Source: an uncultured Dehalococcoidales bacterium (lineage in GTDB: Bacteria > Chloroflexota > Dehalococcoidia > GIF9 > UBA5629). From it: a stretch of DNA of 64,000 nt. Below, in pieces: positions 18,181-27,664 of this stretch (position 1 is the first letter of the stretch; each line of letters begins with the position of its first letter). Both the position numbers and the translations under genes were made by a program. The stretch is from contig CAZAIO010000001.1 in the NCBI GenBank assembly GCA_964485235.1, positions 8,657 to 72,656 on the forward strand. The letters run 5' to 3'. Under the pieces are notes generated by a model. The model saw nothing but the letters and a program-made list of their open reading frames with translations. It had not been told where the DNA came from and did no database searches.

Positions 18181-19014
18181 ATGGAAATTGCAGAAACAAT
18201 CGATAAAATAAAGTCCCTGACACGCGCAATGTCCGGCTCGGTTGGCTTCGTCCCTACGATGGGATTCCTTCATGAAGGGCATTTGTCACTTGTCCGTAAA
18301 GCCCGTGAAGAAAACGACGTCGTTGTAGTAAGTATTTTCGTCAATCCGACACAGTTCGGGAAGAACGAGGATTTCGGCAGCTATCCACGGAACTTTAAAC
18401 AGGATATCGAAATGCTGCAAAAAGAGCAGACCGACATCGTATTTTTCCCTTCAGCAGTCGAGATGTATCCCGACGGATTTGACAGCTGGGTGGAGGTCAA
18501 ACAGGTTACCGACCATCTTGAAGGTATTTGCCGTCCGGGCCATTTTCAGGGAGTCACTACAGTCGTTGCCAAGTTATTTAACATTGTTGAACCGGACAGG
18601 GCGTATTTCGGACAGAAGGATGCCCAACAGGCAATTGTTATACAAAAAATGGTCCGGGACTTGAATATGAACCTTGATGTGATCGTCCTTCCTACCTGCA
18701 GGGAAAGTGACGGGCTGGCAATGAGCAGCCGTAATACCTATCTCACTCCGGAAGAGCGCAATATAGCTGCAGTTCTCTTTCGCGCATTAACTCTTTCCAG
18801 AGCTCTGTATGAAAAAGGAGAAAAAGACGCTGCATTTATCAGACAGGAAATGCAGAAAATGATCGAAAAAGAAAAGTTCACCTTTGTTGAATATATAAGC
18901 ATCGCAGATGAACGTACACTCGAAGAACTGACGGAAATCACTCCGCCCGCGCTTGTATCCCTCGCTGTAAAAGTCGGTAAGACAAGGCTGATCGATAATA
19001 TTGTGCTGAAATAG
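18181..19014 (+). CDS. panC: Pantoate--beta-alanine ligase.
   Basis: PTMGFLHEGH (HIGH-like) motif. Length 277 aa. Confidence 0.9.
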   Translation: MEIAETIDKIKSLTRAMSGSVGFVPTMGFLHEGHLSLVRKAREENDVVVVSIFVNPTQFGKNEDFGSYPRNFKQDIEMLQKEQTDIVFFPSAVEMYPDGFDSWVEVKQVTDHLEGICRPGHFQGVTTVVAKLFNIVEPDRAYFGQKDAQQAIVIQKMVRDLNMNLDVIVLPTCRESDGLAMSSRNTYLTPEERNIAAVLFRALTLSRALYEKGEKDAAFIRQEMQKMIEKEKFTFVEYISIADERTLEELTEITPPALVSLAVKVGKTRLIDNIVLK

Positions 19015-19939
19015 GATACGTCTGAGTTCCGGTATACCTACGCATACCCCATTAAAAACCCGAACGATTGACCGCACGCCCAATTTCTGATACACTTCCC
19101 AACTGGTCATTTTGTTGGTTATTTCTTACTGCCTGCTATATTATGCTGTCTTTGTATCGTCAAGGCAGTAATACCCGTTAAAGTGAAACATGGACGGTGT
19201 TGCTCAAGTGACAAAAGGAAAGCCGGTCTCCGGTTACCAGTATTATTACCCGTTTTATCCTGACAAACGCGGGAAAAAAGGTGACAGGTATCCGCCTTGA
19301 CTGAGACTACCTCTGCTGCTTATAATAGACTGGTTTTGCTCCGGTATTTCACAGGTAGCAGTCCTGCCTTGAGCAAACCTGTTGCAAGCAGGTGAGAAAA
19401 ATTAAAGGGGAATCAAGGCTTTTTATTAACAAACCAGTTTTCCCCTGATAATGCCAGGTTCGCTCCTGCCGTTGTCCCGGTAGGAAATTAATTAAATAGA
19501 ATCGGCTCTTTTCATACACAGGACGCCATATCAGAAACCCGTTATTCAATTGATACGGTATCCCGATTGGTAACCTGTATGCAAAGCTGCCGGAAGAATA
19601 CAAATAAAAATTTTGTTTTCTATTACCGATTATAAATAATGAGCAGGGTTAAAAATTTGCCATCAAGTCATAGTAGTCCAGTGCCCGATCTTCCTGATAA
19701 CCGGGGAATTAAACTGCCGCTCAATACAAGAAATATTTCTGTACCACGCGGCCTCTCAGGGCAAATAACGTACAAGAATGTATCCGGGAACATTAATTTC
19801 TTTTTTACAGTATTACGCAGTTCCCATCATTTCTTCACAGGATTTCTGAATACAGTCACTAAACGCGTAATAATCGGCAATGTATCGTATTTCCTTAATA
19901 CAATGTCATACATCGTAATGACTGAGGAGGTCTTTTAAC

Positions 19940-22135
19940 ATGGCTGAGATATCGATAACAATAGACGGACAACAGGTAAAAGCTGAGAGCGAAATGACCA
20001 TATATCAAGCTGCTGAAAAAGCAGGCATTTATATCCCCGGACTATGTGCTCATCCTGACCTGCCACCCTCCGGAGAATGTGGCCTCTGCCTTGTCTCAAT
20101 CGAAGGACAAGCAGACCTCGTACTGTCCTGTACTACAAAAGTCTCAGAAAATACCGTAATCACGACCAACTCTCCTGAAATACGGGCGAAGCAAAGCGAA
20201 GTACTGAATAAGATCCTCGCGGAACATCCCACCGCCTGTCTAACCTGCTGGCGAAAAGAACGCTGTAACCCGTTCGATATATGCCTCAGAAATATCGCCG
20301 TCACCGAACGATGTGTGACCTGTCCGGAAAATGGAAGGTGCGAATTACAAAAAGTAGTCGATTTTTTCGATATTACCTGTGAAACAGTACCATATACATA
20401 CAGAGATCTGCCGATTAATACAGATAATCCGTTTTTCGATCTCGATTATAATCTTTGCATTGCATGCGGACGTTGCGTTCGCGCTTGCGGCGACCTGCGT
20501 GGCATAAAAGCATTGGATTTTATTGAAATGGACGGTTATCGTGTAGCTGGTCCGGTTAATGGAACCCATAAAGATTCCGGATGCAAATACTGCTTTACCT
20601 GTGTGGAAGTTTGCCCTACCGGAGCGCTAGTCGATAAAGTGGCTCGCTATCATTCTATAGCTGAATGGGAAGCATACGTCGTTCCGTGCAAAGAAGCATG
20701 CCCGGCACATATAGATATTCCGCGTTATATTAATTACATCGCACAGGGGAAATACAGTGAAGCGCTTGCAGTGATACGGGAGAAAGTTCCGTTTCCGGGA
20801 TCGCTCGGACGTGTGTGTATTCATCCCTGTGAACAGGCATGTAGACGGGGCAATTTAAATATAGATGAACCGCTCTGTATTAAATTCCTTAAGCGGTTCG
20901 CCGCAGACCACGATACGGAATTGTGGAAAAAGAACTCCAGGATGGAGCCGTCGACAGGAAAGAAGGTTGCTGTAATCGGTTCCGGCCCTGCCGGACTGAC
21001 TGCAGCGTATTATCTGGCAAAGAAAGGACATTCGGTAACAATATTTGAAGCATTACCCGAGACCGGCGGTATGATGAGAGTGGGAATCCCGTCTTATCGC
21101 TTGCCTCGTGAAATATTGGATGCAGAAATAAAAGAAATAGAAAACGTGGGAGTGGAAATCAGGACCGGTGTAAGAATCGAATCACTGGATAATGTATTCG
21201 AACAGGGTTACGATTCCATTTTTATCGGCATAGGAGCACACAAAGGAACCAAATCGGGGATCGATGGTGAAAGCGGTCCCGGCGTACTGGACGGAGTAGA
21301 CTTTCTCCGCAAAGTCAGCTTGGGTGAAAAGGTCACAATAGGAAAAAGGATAGCGGTATTCGGTGGAGGAAATGCAGCAATTGACTGCGCACGGGTTGCA
21401 AAGCGGATTGGAGCCGAAGAGGTAACAATTCTTTATCGCCGTACCCGCGCAGAAATGCCTGCGGCTGCGGAAGAAGTCGAGGAAGCAATACATGAAGGCA
21501 TAAAAATTATTTTCCTCGTCAATCCCACCGGAATAAAACCGAAAGAAAACAGCTGCCTTGATACAGAATGTCTGCGAATGGAACTGGGAGAACCGGACGC
21601 AAGCGGGAGACGCCGTCCTGTCCCGATAAAAGGGAGTGAGTTCATCACGGAATTCGATAATTTCATTTCAAGTATCGGTCAAACGGCAGATATTCCGGAG
21701 CAGTTCAAAGTGGAGATCGGGAGAGGAAATGTTATCAAAGTGAGCAACAGGAATCTGGAAACAAGCCGAAAGGGTGTATTTGCCGGTGGCGATATAGTCA
21801 CAGGCCCGGCATCCGTCATTGGAGCCATTGCACAGGGCAGACAGGCAGCCGGCTCTATAGATAGATACCTGGGCGGAAATGGAATTATCGATGAGGAACT
21901 CATACCCTTTGAGACACCCGATAAATGGTTTGGACAGGACCTCTCATTTACGGATAAACACCAGCCGGTAATGCCGGGCATAGATGTAAAAGAGAGAATG
22001 AAAGGTTTTGTCGAAGTTGAACTCGGGTATGATGAAACTGTCGCGATCGAAGAAGCTAAACGCTGTTTCCGGTGCGATATGAGACTCCGTCTGTCCAGCC
22101 CCATGTTACCGCCTGCAAAAGTTAAATCAGCATAG
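19940..22135 (+). CDS. GltD/NfnB-like FAD/NAD(P)H oxidoreductase with an N-terminal 2Fe-2S ferredoxin and 4Fe-4S domains (731 aa).
   Basis: N-terminal NuoG-like 2Fe-2S fold (CAHPDL...CGLC), 4Fe-4S motifs (CIACGRCVRAC, CKYCFTCVEVCP), a GltD-type cluster region, and a dinucleotide fold (VAVIGSGPAGL). RBS tgaggagg. Confidence 0.75.
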   Translation: MAEISITIDGQQVKAESEMTIYQAAEKAGIYIPGLCAHPDLPPSGECGLCLVSIEGQADLVLSCTTKVSENTVITTNSPEIRAKQSEVLNKILAEHPTACLTCWRKERCNPFDICLRNIAVTERCVTCPENGRCELQKVVDFFDITCETVPYTYRDLPINTDNPFFDLDYNLCIACGRCVRACGDLRGIKALDFIEMDGYRVAGPVNGTHKDSGCKYCFTCVEVCPTGALVDKVARYHSIAEWEAYVVPCKEACPAHIDIPRYINYIAQGKYSEALAVIREKVPFPGSLGRVCIHPCEQACRRGNLNIDEPLCIKFLKRFAADHDTELWKKNSRMEPSTGKKVAVIGSGPAGLTAAYYLAKKGHSVTIFEALPETGGMMRVGIPSYRLPREILDAEIKEIENVGVEIRTGVRIESLDNVFEQGYDSIFIGIGAHKGTKSGIDGESGPGVLDGVDFLRKVSLGEKVTIGKRIAVFGGGNAAIDCARVAKRIGAEEVTILYRRTRAEMPAAAEEVEEAIHEGIKIIFLVNPTGIKPKENSCLDTECLRMELGEPDASGRRRPVPIKGSEFITEFDNFISSIGQTADIPEQFKVEIGRGNVIKVSNRNLETSRKGVFAGGDIVTGPASVIGAIAQGRQAAGSIDRYLGGNGIIDEELIPFETPDKWFGQDLSFTDKHQPVMPGIDVKERMKGFVEVELGYDETVAIEEAKRCFRCDMRLRLSSPMLPPAKVKSA

Positions 22136-22149
22136 CAACGGAGGAATAG

Positions 22150-22983
22150 ATGTACAAAATTGTAGCCAAGGAGAAACTTAATCCGGTAATCGACTACATA
22201 AGAGTGGAAGCACCTGCAGTAGCAAAGAAAGCACAGGCCGGACAATTCGTAGTAATCCGCGTCGACGAAGTGGGTGAGCGGATTCCGTTAACACTGGCAG
22301 ACTGGGATGCAAAAGAAGGCACAGTTACCCTGGTAGCCATGAAAGTCGGGACCTCGACCTATAAATTATCCAGCCTGAATACCGGAGATAGTATACTCAA
22401 CCTTGTTGGTCCGCTTGGGCTGGCATCAGATATCGAAGATTTTGGAACCGTAATATGTGTAGGGGGCGGTGTAGGAATAGCGCCCGTCTATCCGATAGCC
22501 CGTTCGCTTAAAAAAGCGGGAAACAAGGTCATTTCGATAATAGGAGCACGAAATAAAGACCTTTTATTCTGGGAAGACAGAATGAAAAGCGTAAGCGATG
22601 AACTTGTTGTAACCACCGATGACGGCTCATACGCAAGAAAAGGGCTTGTGACTGAACCGTTGAAAGAGTTTTTACAAAAAGAAAAAGTAGCCCGTGTAAT
22701 TGCCATCGGGCCGGCAATAATGATGAAATTTTGCTCGCTTACTACCAAAGAATTTAACGTACCGACATTTGTAAGTCTCAATTCAATTATGGTCGATGGT
22801 ACGGGGATGTGCGGTTGCTGCCGTGTCTCCGTAGGAGATAAAACAAAATTTGCATGTGTGGATGGACCTGACTTCGACGGACATGAGGTTGACTGGGACG
22901 TACTCGCTAAAAGACAGCAGAGTTATCTAAACCAGGAAAAGAAGTCCATGGAATTATGGGAATGCCACTGTAAAAAAGCCTGA
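22150..22983 (+). CDS. nfnA: NfnA-like / PyrK-like ferredoxin-NADP reductase subunit. Small subunit of an NADH-dependent reduced-ferredoxin:NADP oxidoreductase.
   Basis: FNR-like fold with a C-terminal 2Fe-2S motif (GTGMCGCCRV...FACVDGP). Confidence 0.75.
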   Translation: MYKIVAKEKLNPVIDYIRVEAPAVAKKAQAGQFVVIRVDEVGERIPLTLADWDAKEGTVTLVAMKVGTSTYKLSSLNTGDSILNLVGPLGLASDIEDFGTVICVGGGVGIAPVYPIARSLKKAGNKVISIIGARNKDLLFWEDRMKSVSDELVVTTDDGSYARKGLVTEPLKEFLQKEKVARVIAIGPAIMMKFCSLTTKEFNVPTFVSLNSIMVDGTGMCGCCRVSVGDKTKFACVDGPDFDGHEVDWDVLAKRQQSYLNQEKKSMELWECHCKKA

Positions 22984-22998
22984 TTTTGGAGGATAGCG

Positions 22999-24417
22999 TT
23001 GGAAGAACAAGCAAAACCGAAAATTGATTTAAATCGAGTACCCATGCCTCATCAGGACCCCAAGGTCCGGGCAAAAAATTACGATGAAGTTGCCGTCGGA
23101 TACACACATGAAATGGCATTACAGGAAGCCAATCGCTGTATTCAGTGTAAAAAACGCCCGTGCGTTTCCGGCTGCCCCGTAAATGTAGATATACCGGAAT
23201 TTATTGCGGCAATCAGGAACAATGATATGCCCGGTGCGGTCAAAGCATTAAAGGGAAAGAACAGCCTTCCCGGCATCTGCGGACGCGTTTGTCCTCAAGA
23301 AACACAATGTGAAAGTCTCTGTACACTGGGAAAGAAAGGTGCACCGGTTGCTATCGGCCGTCTGGAGCGGTTTGTTGCCGATTGGGAACGAAATTCAAAA
23401 GGAGCAACAGGAACACAATCATCTGATATTGCCCCGTCATCGGGGAAGAAAGTAGCCGTCATCGGCTCGGGACCTGCCGGACTTACATGCGCGGCAGACC
23501 TTGCTAAAATGGGACATAAAGTCACCATGTTCGAGGCGCTTCATGTAGCGGGAGGCGTCCTTATGTACGGCATTCCGGAGTTCCGTTTACCGAAGGCTAT
23601 CGTGCAGAACGAAGTAAAATATATACAATCGCTGGGTGTTGAGCTAAATCTTGACTCAGTTATGGGTAAGCTGGAAACGGTAGATGAACTGCTTCAGAAC
23701 GGGTATGATGCTGTATTTCTGGGAACAGGCGCGGGATTGCCGATGTTCCAGAATATACCCGGTGAAAACTTCAACGGAGTGTACTCGGCGAATGAGTTTC
23801 TCACCAGGATCAACCTTATGAAAGCATACCTTTTCCCGGAATACGATACGCCCATCATGGTCGGTAAAAGGGTTGCTGTAGTCGGAGGCGGTAATGTTGC
23901 CATGGACTCTGCCCGCTGTGCACTCAGGCTGGGCGCGGACGAAGTATATATCATCTACCGCAGGTCAAAGGCAGAAATGCCTGCCCGTCGCGAAGAGGTT
24001 GAAAACGCAGAAGAGGAAGGAATAATATTTAAATTCCTCACCAACCCCAAAAGCTATCTCGGCGATGAACGAGGCTGGGTAAAAGCAATCGAATGTTATG
24101 AGATGGAGCTCGGTGAACCCGATGAAAGCGGACGCCGCCGCCCTGTAGTGAAACCGAACAGCGAATTCGCCATCGATATCGATGTCGCGGTAGTTGCACT
24201 GGGAACGACACCGAACCCGCTTATCCCGTCGACCACAGATGGACTCGAAACGACAAAACGCGGCACAGTAGTTGCCGATGAAGAAACGGGAAAGACCATG
24301 AAAGATCGTGTCTGGGCCGGTGGCGACGTGGTAACCGGCGCTGCAACAGTTATCAGCGCGATGGGAGCCGGAAAAAGAGCGGCAGCTTCAATAGATGCCT
24401 TTTTAAAAGGAAAATAA
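22999..24417 (+). CDS. nfnB: NfnB / glutamate synthase small-chain (GltD)-like iron-sulfur flavoprotein.
   Basis: 4Fe-4S region (CIQCKKRPCVSGCP), VAVIGSGPAGL, and a C-terminal FAD/NAD domain. Probable TTG start preceded by the RBS ttggagga. Confidence 0.8.
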   Translation: MEEQAKPKIDLNRVPMPHQDPKVRAKNYDEVAVGYTHEMALQEANRCIQCKKRPCVSGCPVNVDIPEFIAAIRNNDMPGAVKALKGKNSLPGICGRVCPQETQCESLCTLGKKGAPVAIGRLERFVADWERNSKGATGTQSSDIAPSSGKKVAVIGSGPAGLTCAADLAKMGHKVTMFEALHVAGGVLMYGIPEFRLPKAIVQNEVKYIQSLGVELNLDSVMGKLETVDELLQNGYDAVFLGTGAGLPMFQNIPGENFNGVYSANEFLTRINLMKAYLFPEYDTPIMVGKRVAVVGGGNVAMDSARCALRLGADEVYIIYRRSKAEMPARREEVENAEEEGIIFKFLTNPKSYLGDERGWVKAIECYEMELGEPDESGRRRPVVKPNSEFAIDIDVAVVALGTTPNPLIPSTTDGLETTKRGTVVADEETGKTMKDRVWAGGDVVTGAATVISAMGAGKRAAASIDAFLKGK

Positions 24418-24437
24418 GCGAAATAGAATATAAGCAC

Positions 24438-24466
24438 TTGACAAAGTGCTTATATATATTTACAAT
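24438..24466 (+). promoter_or_regulatory. Near-consensus sigma-70 promoter: TTGACA, 17 bp, TACAAT. Drives the T-box leader.
   Basis: TTGACA at 24438-24443 and TACAAT at 24461-24466. Confidence 0.45.
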
Positions 24467-24469
24467 TCA

Positions 24470-24770
24470 CGCAATTAAATAATGTAAAGGCTTTGAGCAA
24501 GACTAGTAAATCTTATGCGAAGCTACAGAGAACCGGGTTAGCTGGAAACCGGTGCCAGCGGTAAGGTTGAATGGACTTGGGAGCCGCAAACCGAAAGAGC
24601 AGATACTTGAGTAGGCTTTGACGCAAAGGGTAGCGTTATCACAATCCAGGGTATCACTTCACATGTTGTGAAGCCGTACCTGAAAGAGACAGTCGAAAGA
24701 CTAACAAGGGTGGTACCGCGAAAGCAAGCCTCTCGCCCCTTGAGCGAGAGGCTTATTTTTTTACACGGGA
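24470..24770 (+). promoter_or_regulatory. T-box riboswitch leader, probably with a Trp (UGG) specifier, ending in a terminator.
   Basis: Canonical T-box sequence aacaaGGGTGGTACCGCG at 24703-24720. Terminator aagcctctcgc-ccctt-gagcgagaggctt followed by eight T at 24726-24766. Stem I region with an AGAGA motif and GAAUGGA / UGGA candidate specifier contexts. Confidence 0.7.
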
Positions 24771-24886
24771 GGAAAAGATGGCAGATGTAATAATAAAGAT
24801 GTGGCCCCTGAGGGGCCTTAAGTTCGATTAAACTATTATATGTCCCGTTCTCTATTAATAAAAACTTATTATTGAAAGGAGTGAAA

Positions 24887-26248
24887 ATGGAACGATACAA
24901 GTATGTTTTAGATGAAAAAGAGATGCCGACTCAATGGTATAATATCCAGGCAGATTTTCCGGAACCTTTACCCCCGGTACTGCATCCCGCCACGGGAAAT
25001 CCGGTTACACCGGATGATCTTGCGCCTCTCTTTCCAATGGAATGCATCATGCAAGAGGTAAGTACAGAGCGGTGGATTGAAATCCCCGAGGAAGTACAGG
25101 ATGTTTATAAGACATGGAGGCCAACAGTTTTACACCGTGCCCACCGGCTCGAAAAGGCCCTGGACACACCCGCAAAGATTTTCTATAAATATGAGGGGAC
25201 CAGTCAGGCAGGAAGCCATAAACCCAATACTGCCATCGCACAAGCGTACTACAACAAAAAAGAAGGCATCAAGAGAATAACGACAGAGACCGGTGCCGGT
25301 CAGTGGGGCAGCGCACTATCACTCGCCGGTGCATTCTTCGGAATTGAAATAAAAGTATATATGGTCTCTGTAAGCTATCACCAGAAGCCTTATCGCCGGA
25401 TCATGATGGAAGTATGGGGAGCCAAGTGTGTTCCCAGCCCAAGCCGTGATACAAAAGCAGGACGGGATGCACTGGCAAAGGACCCGAACAGTCCGGGTAG
25501 CCTTGGCCTGGCAATCAGTGAAGCTGTGGAAGAATGCGTCTCCCGCGATGATACCCATTATTCTCTCGGGAGCGTACTGAACCACGTCCTGTTACACCAG
25601 ACCATCAACGGGCTTGAGACAAAGATATTAATGGAACGGGCGGGCGTCTACCCTGATATCATTATCGGATGTGTCGGTGGAGGATCTAACTTTGCCGGAA
25701 TGTTCCTGCCGTTTCTTAAAGACAAAATCGAGGGCAAAAAGCCCGATCTGCGAATAATTAACGTAGAACCGGCAAGTTGTCCGACGTTGACTAAAGGCCC
25801 TGACGCCTATGATTTCGGAGATGTGTCCGGTCTTACTCCATTGATGAAGATGTATACACTGGGCCATGATTTTATGCCGCCTCCGGTTCATGCCGGCGGA
25901 CTGCGCTATCATGGTATGGCACCCATTATCAGCCATTGTCTGCGTCTCGGACTCGTCGAAGCAAGAGCCGAGCATCAACTGGATACCTTTGAAGCAGGTA
26001 TAACTTTCGCTCGCACTGAAGGTATAATCAGCGCTCCGGAAACCAACCATGCCATCAGGACAACGATAACTGAAGCTCTGAAATGTCGCGAATCAGGCGA
26101 AGCAAAGGTCATTTTAATGAACCACAGCGGACATGGCCATGTTGATATGGCTGCTTATGAAGCCTATCTGTCGGGTAAACTTCAGAACTACGAATATCCC
26201 GAAGAACTGGTAAAGGAAGCACTGACTCATTTACCTAAAGTAGGCTAA
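24887..26248 (+). CDS. trpB2: TrpB2-type tryptophan synthase beta-like PLP enzyme.
   Basis: N-terminus [30 protein letters not shown], typical of the TrpB2 clade. A PLP lysine lies in the [11 protein letters not shown] context. RBS aaaggag. Confidence 0.85.
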   Translation: MERYKYVLDEKEMPTQWYNIQADFPEPLPPVLHPATGNPVTPDDLAPLFPMECIMQEVSTERWIEIPEEVQDVYKTWRPTVLHRAHRLEKALDTPAKIFYKYEGTSQAGSHKPNTAIAQAYYNKKEGIKRITTETGAGQWGSALSLAGAFFGIEIKVYMVSVSYHQKPYRRIMMEVWGAKCVPSPSRDTKAGRDALAKDPNSPGSLGLAISEAVEECVSRDDTHYSLGSVLNHVLLHQTINGLETKILMERAGVYPDIIIGCVGGGSNFAGMFLPFLKDKIEGKKPDLRIINVEPASCPTLTKGPDAYDFGDVSGLTPLMKMYTLGHDFMPPPVHAGGLRYHGMAPIISHCLRLGLVEARAEHQLDTFEAGITFARTEGIISAPETNHAIRTTITEALKCRESGEAKVILMNHSGHGHVDMAAYEAYLSGKLQNYEYPEELVKEALTHLPKVG

Positions 26249-26273
26249 TATTAGTACCTGACAATCGTAATAA

Positions 26274-26325
26274 ACAGGCCTGGGACTAAAAATATATAAA
26301 TATTTGCGTCCCCGGCCTGTTTTAT
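26274..26325 (+). terminator. Terminator hairpin after trpB2.
   Basis: 13-bp stem acaggcctgggac / gtccccggcctgt with one mismatch, a 21-nt AT-rich loop, then tttat. Confidence 0.5.
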
Positions 26326-26503
26326 ATTATGTAAATTATATGATAGTTATATTGTCAAACATAATACCTGCATCATTAATTCTTCTTAATAATTTATTTA
26401 CTTTGTATACTTAAAATAGTAAATCTATGGATAATCCTTTACAGTTATTTCATCGTTGTCAATATAAAAACGCTATGCTACAATCAATTTAAGGTTACAG
26501 ATA

Positions 26504-27643
26504 ATGAAGAATATAAAATTAAAAAGCATTATTTTTATCGCCCTTGTGCTTATTTTTATGCTGGGCACAACCGGATGTATCATCACGATAACAGAGCCTG
26601 AAACACCAGGTGAGCCAACTCAATCGACAACCATTCAAACGCCGGTAGTTCCTATAGATCCCGGTTGGACGGGAAGCACATTTGTCGACAGCTCGCAGAC
26701 ACTACCAAGCATTGCGGATGTCGTCGAACAGGTCTTTCCTTCTGTAGTGACGATAACCACTGAAGTAGTCACTCAGGATATTTTCCAGATGCCAAGGACC
26801 CAGTCGGGTGCAGGTTCGGGCTGGATTTTCCGGGAAGACGGTATTATCGTAACCAACAACCACGTAGTTGAAGGAGCAGAAAAGTTAACCATAGAACTGT
26901 CCGACGGACGCACATTTCAGACCAGTCCTGATAATGTTTTCAGGGACCCTGTTACGGATCTTGCTATCGTAAAAATAAATACTAAAGGTCTTCCCGCTCT
27001 GGAAATAGCAGATTCAAACCGGTTGAGAGTCGGTGAATGGGTGATTGCGCTTGGCAATCCACTGGGACAGGGCATTCGTGCAAAAGAAGGCACTGTCAGC
27101 GGATTAAAAGTGTCTTTATCTATGGATGAAGGTCAAAGCCTTGATGATCTTATAGAAACATCTGCGGCAATTAACCCGGGCAACAGCGGCGGTCCGCTTG
27201 TTAATATGTCCGGTAATGTAGTCGGTATCACAAGTGCCAAAATATCGGCAGTAGGTGTAGAAGGAATGGGATATGCGATAAGCTCGCAAACCGCCATGCC
27301 GATAATAGACGAACTGATCAATGAAGGATATATTACCCGGCCGTATCTTGGCGTAGGACTCTACACGGTCGACCAATTCGTCGCCACTGTTAATCGTCTG
27401 CCTGTCGATCAAGGAGTTATTATCACCTATGTTGAACCGGGAGGACCTGCCGATAAAGCCGGACTGAAACAGTATGATATTATTACCCGTTTCGACAATG
27501 AAGATATTACTAATGCCGAAGAACTGCGAAAAGCAATACATTCAGCTCAGATAGGGACTGACGTTGATGTTACGGTCGTCAGGGATTCAGGTACGCTCAA
27601 CAAGACTGTTGTACTCAGTAAAAATCCAGCGCCGGGAAGCTAG
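26504..27643 (+). CDS. htrA: HtrA/DegP-family serine protease with a PDZ domain.
   Basis: Signal peptide or anchor. Trypsin-like catalytic motifs (TNNHVV, D, GNSGGPL) and a C-terminal PDZ. Confidence 0.85.
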   Translation: MKNIKLKSIIFIALVLIFMLGTTGCIITITEPETPGEPTQSTTIQTPVVPIDPGWTGSTFVDSSQTLPSIADVVEQVFPSVVTITTEVVTQDIFQMPRTQSGAGSGWIFREDGIIVTNNHVVEGAEKLTIELSDGRTFQTSPDNVFRDPVTDLAIVKINTKGLPALEIADSNRLRVGEWVIALGNPLGQGIRAKEGTVSGLKVSLSMDEGQSLDDLIETSAAINPGNSGGPLVNMSGNVVGITSAKISAVGVEGMGYAISSQTAMPIIDELINEGYITRPYLGVGLYTVDQFVATVNRLPVDQGVIITYVEPGGPADKAGLKQYDIITRFDNEDITNAEELRKAIHSAQIGTDVDVTVVRDSGTLNKTVVLSKNPAPGS

Positions 27644-27664
27644 AGGCTTACCTTTCGGGATATA

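Noticed and set aside
19200-19330. An RNase P RNA-like AGGAAAGCCGG motif.
   Set aside because: It does not extend to the other universally conserved P4 and J-region elements (AGGGCAG, ACAGAACC...). Rfam is needed to decide. It is not annotated as RNase P RNA.
19639-19938. A 99-aa ORF immediately upstream of the GltD-like gene, and an 84-aa minus-strand ORF at 19349-19603.
   Set aside because: Neither has an RBS or recognisable motif, and both have skewed composition. They are most likely chance ORFs in the long noncoding spacer.
20050-22245. Several antisense ORFs of 60-190 aa nested inside large genes. Examples are 21679-22245 (-) inside the GltD-like gene, 27116-27541 (-) inside htrA, and 46235-47392 (-) inside sbcC.
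   Set aside because: They lie wholly within well-supported protein-coding genes on the opposite strand and have no motifs or RBS. They are typical shadow ORFs.
24432-24451. The hairpin aagcac-ttgacaaa-gtgctt after nfnB, considered as a terminator.
   Set aside because: The stem is only 6 bp and it overlaps the -35 box of the T-box promoter. At best it is a weak terminator, so it is not annotated separately.
24778-24831. Annotating the 17-codon upstream ORF ([17 protein letters not shown]) as a CDS feature.
   Set aside because: The strong RBS makes it intriguing and it is reported as a finding. Without conservation or expression data it is not secure enough to list as a gene.
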